Below, piece after piece: positions 58,811 to 64,000 of a DNA stretch of 64,000 nt (its first letter is position 1; every line of letters starts with the position of its first letter). Position numbers and translations under genes: made by a program. The notes beneath the pieces were generated by a model that did no database searches, was not told the origin of the DNA, and saw only the letters and a list, made by a program, of their open reading frames with translations. The stretch comes from Phascolarctobacterium sp. GTDB taxonomy: Bacteria > Bacillota > Negativicutes > Acidaminococcales > Acidaminococcaceae. The stretch is from positions 2,073 through 66,072 of the forward strand of contig JAUNOC010000007.1 in assembly GCA_030531205.1 (NCBI GenBank). Direction: 5' to 3'.

Positions 58811-58848
58811 AAAAAAATGACTTCGGCATTGCCGAAGTCATTTTTTTA
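58811..58848 (+). terminator. Rho-independent terminator after groEL
   Basis: ATGACTTCGGC att GCCGAAGTCAT followed by TTTTTTT. Confidence 0.88.
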
Positions 58849-58985
58849 GTTTTGGGAATAAAATTTTTAAAACAATTTTTAGTTGCATTATATATATATA
58901 TAGTTTATAATATACCATAATATAAAATGTTTCATGAAATTTTTAGCCGTCGGGGAACGGAATTTTAACTGATAGAGGAGGAAAA

Positions 58986-61046
58986 ATGAAAAAGAGCAAA
59001 TATCGTAATTTGACTTTGGCATTAATGAGTTTGCTGATAGCGGTTCCTGTTTTTGCGGAAACTAACCCCAGCAAGGCATCTGTGCAGGATGGAGCTTATG
59101 TTCCTGATGTCAACTTAGTTGATTTGGAACGGGTGGTGGAATCTCCCCGCGAAAGAAAGGAACGTGAGGCACGGGGCGAGAAGTTGCCGGCGGAAATTAA
59201 CCCTCCGGTAATTGAAGAAGATGATTTGATTATCCGTGAGGCGGAGCAGGAAGCACCGAAAGAATTGACTGAGGCACAAAAGGCATTGTTGCCTTATATT
59301 GGTAAGACCATTGTCAGCCAAAAGGTTTTAGGTAATGTTAATGTTACCGAAGAACAGGTAATGGCTATGTTGCGGCAGAAGAAAGGTATGCAACTGACTG
59401 AGGCAGGTGTCAATGAGGATTTGCGTGCTATTTATGATTCCGGATTTTTCTATGAGTTGCGTCCGGATTTCAAAATTGTGAATGGTGGTGTAAGCATTAC
59501 TTATGAAGTTCATGAAAACCCCATCTATAACGGTTTTGATATTCAGGGGAATACGATTATAGACCAGAAAAAGATTAATTCCTTATTCAATATGCAACCC
59601 GGGCAGGTGGCAAACCTTCGTGAAATCAATAAAGCGGTGGCTGATTTGGAAGAGGAATATCGTTCCAATGGTTATATTCTTGCCCGTGTTAATGATGCTC
59701 ATTTGGATGATGAGGGTATTTTGCGGGTTGATTTGAACGAAGGCATGGTGGAGGACTTTAAGGTTAAGGGTAATGTAAAATGTAAAGACCATGTAATTTT
59801 ACGGGAACTGACCCTAAAGAAAAATCATCCATTCAATGCAAAGTTGGCCCGCCGTTCTATGCAGAGGGTACAAAACCTTGGTTATTTTGAAGATGTTAAT
59901 ATTAAAATGAATCCTGGCCAGGCACCGGGAGCGGTTGAGGTAGAAGTTGATGTTAAAGAAATCAATACTGGACAGTTTGGTATCGGTGCAGGTTATTCTA
60001 AGGCGGATGGTTTTGTAGGTCAATTGTCCATTGGTGATAAGAATCTCTTTGGCAGTGGCGACAGTGCCAGTATCCGTTGGGAATTTGGTGGTGAAGATAA
60101 TAAGAACTATGATTTTACTTATTCCAAACCTTGGATTGATAAGCACGAGACCCGTATGACCATCAATTTATATGATGTAACCAATGAATATGAGGATTAT
60201 GATATTAATGCAGAAAGTCTTGCCCGTTATGATAAAAAACGCAGAGGACAGGAATTGACTTTTAGTCGCCGGGCTGAGAACGAATTTATTAGTAATTATG
60301 TAACGCTTAAGAATCGTGAAGATATTTATGAAGGAATGGCGGATGATTATGACCGTGATTTTCAATACTACGAGAAAGGTTATAATAAATATGGAACCGA
60401 TGAAAATGCACGTCTTTCTGGAGATAAGAAGATAAAGGATTATTATCCAAGTAATTATCAGGATCGTAGGGATGAGAATTTTGGTAAAACGAGATCTATT
60501 ACATTAGGACGTATTTTTGATAACCGTGATAATATTTATGATCCCCATGAAGGTAAGCGTTTGGCGTTCAGCATTGAAGATGCTCATGCATTAGGTGGGG
60601 ACTTCAAATTTACAAAATATACGGTGGATACCAGATATTATTTCCGTGGTGGCGGAGAAAATGTTTGGGCATTAAATCTCATGGGCGGTTATGCCAGCGG
60701 TGATATGCCACTTAGCCAACGTTACAGCATGGGTGGCAGTGAAACCTTACGTGGCTTTGAAGATGATCAGTTCCGTGGCAATAGCATGTTGAAAGGAACA
60801 TTGGAATACCGGTTCCCCATTGTTAAGAAAATTCAGGGTGTAGTGTTTAATGATAATGGTTATGCTTGGGATAAGCGGTTTGAAAATAAATTCCATGTGG
60901 GAGATACCAAGAGTTCTGTAGGTTTGGGCTTACGTATTAATTCGCCCTTAGGACCTATCCGTCTGGATTATGGCTGGCAGGTTCGTCGTGGTGATGATTC
61001 TGGTAGCCGTGGCAAGTTCCACTTCAGTTTTGGCGGACAATTCTAA
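58986..61046 (+). CDS. bamA: Outer membrane protein assembly factor BamA (Omp85 family)
   Basis: 686 aa. Signal peptide, POTRA-like repeats, C-terminal beta-barrel ending ...FHFSFGGQF. Confidence 0.88.
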   Translation: MKKSKYRNLTLALMSLLIAVPVFAETNPSKASVQDGAYVPDVNLVDLERVVESPRERKEREARGEKLPAEINPPVIEEDDLIIREAEQEAPKELTEAQKALLPYIGKTIVSQKVLGNVNVTEEQVMAMLRQKKGMQLTEAGVNEDLRAIYDSGFFYELRPDFKIVNGGVSITYEVHENPIYNGFDIQGNTIIDQKKINSLFNMQPGQVANLREINKAVADLEEEYRSNGYILARVNDAHLDDEGILRVDLNEGMVEDFKVKGNVKCKDHVILRELTLKKNHPFNAKLARRSMQRVQNLGYFEDVNIKMNPGQAPGAVEVEVDVKEINTGQFGIGAGYSKADGFVGQLSIGDKNLFGSGDSASIRWEFGGEDNKNYDFTYSKPWIDKHETRMTINLYDVTNEYEDYDINAESLARYDKKRRGQELTFSRRAENEFISNYVTLKNREDIYEGMADDYDRDFQYYEKGYNKYGTDENARLSGDKKIKDYYPSNYQDRRDENFGKTRSITLGRIFDNRDNIYDPHEGKRLAFSIEDAHALGGDFKFTKYTVDTRYYFRGGGENVWALNLMGGYASGDMPLSQRYSMGGSETLRGFEDDQFRGNSMLKGTLEYRFPIVKKIQGVVFNDNGYAWDKRFENKFHVGDTKSSVGLGLRINSPLGPIRLDYGWQVRRGDDSGSRGKFHFSFGGQF

Positions 61047-61076
61047 TTTGATTTTGGGAAAGAAGGTTGAGTTATT

Positions 61077-61556
61077 ATGATGAATTTATTTGGCGGTAAG
61101 AGAATGGCAAGAATTTTGGATATTTTTATTGCTGTTCTGTTTTTGGTCGGCTGTTTTGCATTCAGTATGAATCAAAGCAGTTTTGGCAGTACAAGCGTTG
61201 CTGAAGCCGCTGCCAATAGTGCTATTGGTGTAGTGGATTTTCAACGTCTGATTACCTCCGCCCCCAATATTGATAATGTTCGGACAACTATGAAAAATGA
61301 AGTCGCTGCGGCAGAAAAAGATTTTGCCAATAAAGCAAAATCCATGAGTGAGCAAGAAAAACAAAATTTTGGCAAACAATTGCAGACCCGTTTAATGAAC
61401 AGGGAAAATGAGTTAATGACTCCTGTACTGAATTCAATCAATGCTGCCATCAAATCTGTTGCCAATAAGAAGGGTTTAAGTGTAGTCGTTCATAAGAATG
61501 TTGTTGTTTTAGGTGGTTTGGATATCACTGAAGAAGTTGTAAAGGCAATGAAATAA
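61077..61556 (+). CDS. skp: OmpH/Skp-family periplasmic chaperone
   Basis: 159 aa. Signal/TM segment then a Lys/Glu/Gln-rich helical region. Lies between bamA and lpxD. The start is uncertain. Confidence 0.75.
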   Translation: MMNLFGGKRMARILDIFIAVLFLVGCFAFSMNQSSFGSTSVAEAAANSAIGVVDFQRLITSAPNIDNVRTTMKNEVAAAEKDFANKAKSMSEQEKQNFGKQLQTRLMNRENELMTPVLNSINAAIKSVANKKGLSVVVHKNVVVLGGLDITEEVVKAMK

Positions 61557-61596
61557 ACTCAGACATCGGGTATTAAGTATTTGAGGTTATGATCAG

Positions 61597-62004
61597 ATGG
61601 TTAAAAAATTAGCTGTAGCTTTTTTGTTAGTAGTTTCAATTGGTTTGGTTGGTTGTGGCAGAAGTTCTGAATTTGGAGTTGTTGATTTGGCTAAGGTGGA
61701 AAGTGAAGCTGCCCAACTGAAATCCATTCGTGAGGAAGGCATTAAAGAATTAGGTAATCTGCAAAAAGAAATGGAAAAGGCATTGAAAAACAAATCTGGA
61801 GATGCCAAAACAAAAATCATTGAGGATTACCGTGCCAGGGCTCAAGTGGTTCAAGGAAATATGGCCAACAGAATGCGTAACCAGTTAGATGGTGTCGTGC
61901 ATCAGGTGGCACAGAAACATGGTTTAGGTGCTGTTTTGGCAAAGGAAGCAGTTCCTGATGGAGGAACTGACCTTACAGCAGAAGTTTTAGAAGCGTTGAA
62001 ATAG
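61597..62004 (+). CDS. Second OmpH/Skp-family protein, probable lipoprotein
   Basis: Lipobox-like LVGC after a hydrophobic leader. Helical charged body similar to the preceding gene. Confidence 0.7.
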   Translation: MVKKLAVAFLLVVSIGLVGCGRSSEFGVVDLAKVESEAAQLKSIREEGIKELGNLQKEMEKALKNKSGDAKTKIIEDYRARAQVVQGNMANRMRNQLDGVVHQVAQKHGLGAVLAKEAVPDGGTDLTAEVLEALK

Positions 62005-62005
62005 T

Positions 62006-63022
62006 ATGCAGAAAACAGTTCAAGAAATTGCCAAATTGGTTAATGGCAGTTTGGAAAATGATAATCCTGAATTGATAATAACTGGGGTGAACGGGTTGGT
62101 GGAGGCAGGACCAACAGAAGTGAGTTTTGCGGTTCCCCCCTATGTTGATGAATGTCACAAGTCGAAGGCAGGCGTTATGTTGCTTGCCTTTGATGACAGG
62201 AAATTAGAGGATCGTCCAGTCATCCGGGTGCAAAATCCCCGGGTGGCTTTTGCTGTTTTATTGGAACTTTTTCGTCCTCAGGCAGATGTGGAAAGAACGG
62301 TAAGTAAATATGCTTTTATTCATCCAGCAGCACAACTGGGAAAAAATGTGGCTGTACAGGCATTTGCCTATATTGATGCAGGGGCGGAAATTGGTGATAA
62401 CACAGTTATTTCTGCCAATGTTTTCATTGGTAAGAATGTTACTTTAGGGTGTGATTGTTTTCTTTATCCTAACGTAGTCGTAAGGGAAAATTGTGTTCTT
62501 GGCAATAAGGTGATTTTGCAGGCGGGTGCTGTTGTTGGGGGTGACGGATTTGGCTTTGTTACCCAGCCAGATGGCAGCCACACTAAGGTTTTGCAAACAG
62601 GAAATGTGATTATTGAAGACGATGTTGAAATAGGGTGTAACAGCACGGTTGATAGGGCAACGGTGGGACATACCATCGTGGGCAAAGGCACAAAAATTGA
62701 TAATTTAGTGCATTTGGGTCACAATGTGGTTGTGGGTAAAAATTGTTTTTTATGTGCCCAAGTTGGAGTTGCGGGCAGCACAGTAATTGGAGATAACAAT
62801 ACTTTTGCAGGGCAGGTTGCAGTAAATGGGCATATTAAGATTGGCAACAATAATTTATTTGCAGGCAGGACTGGTATTACCAAAAATGTGGGTGACAATA
62901 TGCAAATGGGCGGCTTCCCGGAGCGTCCGCTTAAGGAATGGATGCGGCATGAGGCATGGCTGAATAAGATTGAGGCATTGAGCAAACGGGTAAAAGAGTT
63001 GGAACAAAGAATTAAAGAATAA
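62006..63022 (+). CDS. lpxD: UDP-3-O-acylglucosamine N-acyltransferase
   Basis: 338 aa. Left-handed beta-helix hexapeptide repeats and the typical N-terminal ...IAKLVNG... region. Conserved bamA-skp-lpxD order. Confidence 0.9.
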   Translation: MQKTVQEIAKLVNGSLENDNPELIITGVNGLVEAGPTEVSFAVPPYVDECHKSKAGVMLLAFDDRKLEDRPVIRVQNPRVAFAVLLELFRPQADVERTVSKYAFIHPAAQLGKNVAVQAFAYIDAGAEIGDNTVISANVFIGKNVTLGCDCFLYPNVVVRENCVLGNKVILQAGAVVGGDGFGFVTQPDGSHTKVLQTGNVIIEDDVEIGCNSTVDRATVGHTIVGKGTKIDNLVHLGHNVVVGKNCFLCAQVGVAGSTVIGDNNTFAGQVAVNGHIKIGNNNLFAGRTGITKNVGDNMQMGGFPERPLKEWMRHEAWLNKIEALSKRVKELEQRIKE

Positions 63023-63079
63023 ATTTAGGTACCAGGTTTCAGGTGTCAGGTTATAGGGAAGAACAAGGGGTTATGGTTT
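63023..63079. repeat. Heptamer tract AGGTACC AGGTTTC AGGTGTC AGGTTAT AGGGAAG, continuing with GGTT-type heptamers to the next start codon
   Basis: Near-identical to 28649-28683. Begins just after the lpxD stop. Confidence 0.65.
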
Positions 63080-63985
63080 GTGGTTGGTTATTGGGTTATT
63101 AAATTTGTAAGTAAGGTTTTATGTTGCCTGCCTGTCGGCTGGCAGCATAAAATTGGAAATATATTGGGAAATATTGCCGTAAAAATTTGCCCGTCTTGGC
63201 GTATGGATATGGCAAGAGCCAATATCCGTGAATGTTTGGGGGTGGATGCGGAACGAGCGGATAAAATCGCCAAAGAGAGCGTCAAACGCTTTGGCAGGAT
63301 GGCTGTGGAAGTTCTTTGCTTTCCTAACCTGAACAAGGATAATGTTTTGGATTCTGTGGATATGGAAGGCATTGAACATTTGCAAAATGCTTGCAGTTTG
63401 GATAAAGGTGTCATTATGGTTACAGGGCATTTTGGTAATTGGGAAATGCTAGGAGCCATTGTAGGTCTTTTAGGTTATCCGGTGCTTTCCATAGTCAGAC
63501 ATCAGAATAAGGGCAGTATGAACCGTTTGATCAATGAATATAGGGAAATGGTGGGGCAGACCATTGCCTATAATCGTGGCGAAAACAATCTTTTGCAGGT
63601 TGTGCGGATGTTAAAAGCAAAGAAGATTGTAGGAATTTTGTATGATCAGGATACTAATGATATCGGCGTAAAGTTGGATTTATTTGGAAAAACATGTATA
63701 GTTCCAGATGGGGCTGTGGCATTGAGCAGAATTAACAAAGCGCCCATTGTTCCAATCTTTATTCATAACAGGGATGAGGGAAAATTTAAAGTTAAAATTT
63801 ATCCGGCACTTACTTGTGAAAGTAAAGATAAGTACGATGAAGTAATGGGAAAATTAGTAGATATTCTTGAACAGGAAGTGCGTGAAGACCCGGCCATGTG
63901 GTTTTGGGTACATGACCGTTGGAAAGACGGTCATCAAAGATTTGATAAAGAATATGACGAAAATAAGCATGGGCATCATCCATAA
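63080..63985 (+). CDS. Lipid A biosynthesis (Kdo2-lipid IVA) late acyltransferase, LpxL/HtrB family
   Basis: 301 aa. HX4D-type motif TGHFGNWEM. GTG start. Lies next to lpxD. Confidence 0.8.
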   Translation: MVGYWVIKFVSKVLCCLPVGWQHKIGNILGNIAVKICPSWRMDMARANIRECLGVDAERADKIAKESVKRFGRMAVEVLCFPNLNKDNVLDSVDMEGIEHLQNACSLDKGVIMVTGHFGNWEMLGAIVGLLGYPVLSIVRHQNKGSMNRLINEYREMVGQTIAYNRGENNLLQVVRMLKAKKIVGILYDQDTNDIGVKLDLFGKTCIVPDGAVALSRINKAPIVPIFIHNRDEGKFKVKIYPALTCESKDKYDEVMGKLVDILEQEVREDPAMWFWVHDRWKDGHQRFDKEYDENKHGHHP

Positions 63986-64000
63986 TTAGTAGTTAGTAAT
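63983..64000. repeat. Start of another TAATTAG-type heptamer tract (TAATTAG TAGTTAG TAAT...), cut by the window edge
   Basis: Same heptamers as 22153-22187. It again starts with the TAA stop codon of the upstream gene. Confidence 0.55.

Noticed and set aside
58849-58985. ATACCATAATAT upstream of bamA as another degenerate element TIR.
   Set aside because: Only about 10 nt resemble the TIR tip. The GGAACAT and TGATTATA parts are absent. The region is better explained as an AT-rich promoter region.

Overview
This is a 64-kb chromosomal window from a Firmicutes-type genome that also carries outer-membrane genes (bamA, two skp/ompH, lpxD, an lpxL-like acyltransferase). That combination suggests a diderm Negativicutes-like organism. 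By eye, housekeeping DNA is about mid-40s %GC.

The backbone is ordinary and densely coding:
- tRNA-Arg(CCG), then the str operon (rpsL-rpsG-fusA-tuf).
- A contiguous S10-spc-alpha ribosomal block (rpsJ through rplQ, with secY, adk, infA, rpmJ and rpoA; no map gene).
- gdh, gatCAB, a P-type ATPase, yigZ, an M23 peptidase, trmB and metNI.
- prfA/prmC, tsaC, rpiB, a dCMP deaminase, yraN, comM and valS.
- A MacAB-like efflux set, nadD-yqeK, an LCP protein, cvfB and groESL.

Two things deserve a second look.
1. One modular non-coding element family occupies at least 11 operon-end intergenic regions. Copies have ~25-nt terminal inverted repeats (consensus ATGGTRAKATGTTCCNKTGATTAKA), GC hairpins with compensatory substitutions, a repeated GGAACAT motif, and flanking tracts of degenerate 7-nt repeats. 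No transposase is present in the window, and I do not recognise the sequence as a named family.
2. An AT-rich ~4.8-kb accessory island lies between gdh and gatCAB and is bounded by pieces of that element family. It carries a secreted HAD-like hydrolase and a 750-bp non-coding stretch full of palindromes and tandem repeats. It also carries a PD-(D/E)xK-like plus P-loop (DUF2075 / Schlafen-helicase-like) protein that is a candidate single-gene defence module. The island ends with a 40-bp perfect palindrome and a small zinc-ribbon ORF.

All functional calls come from reading the ORF translations and the DNA. No database search was run.
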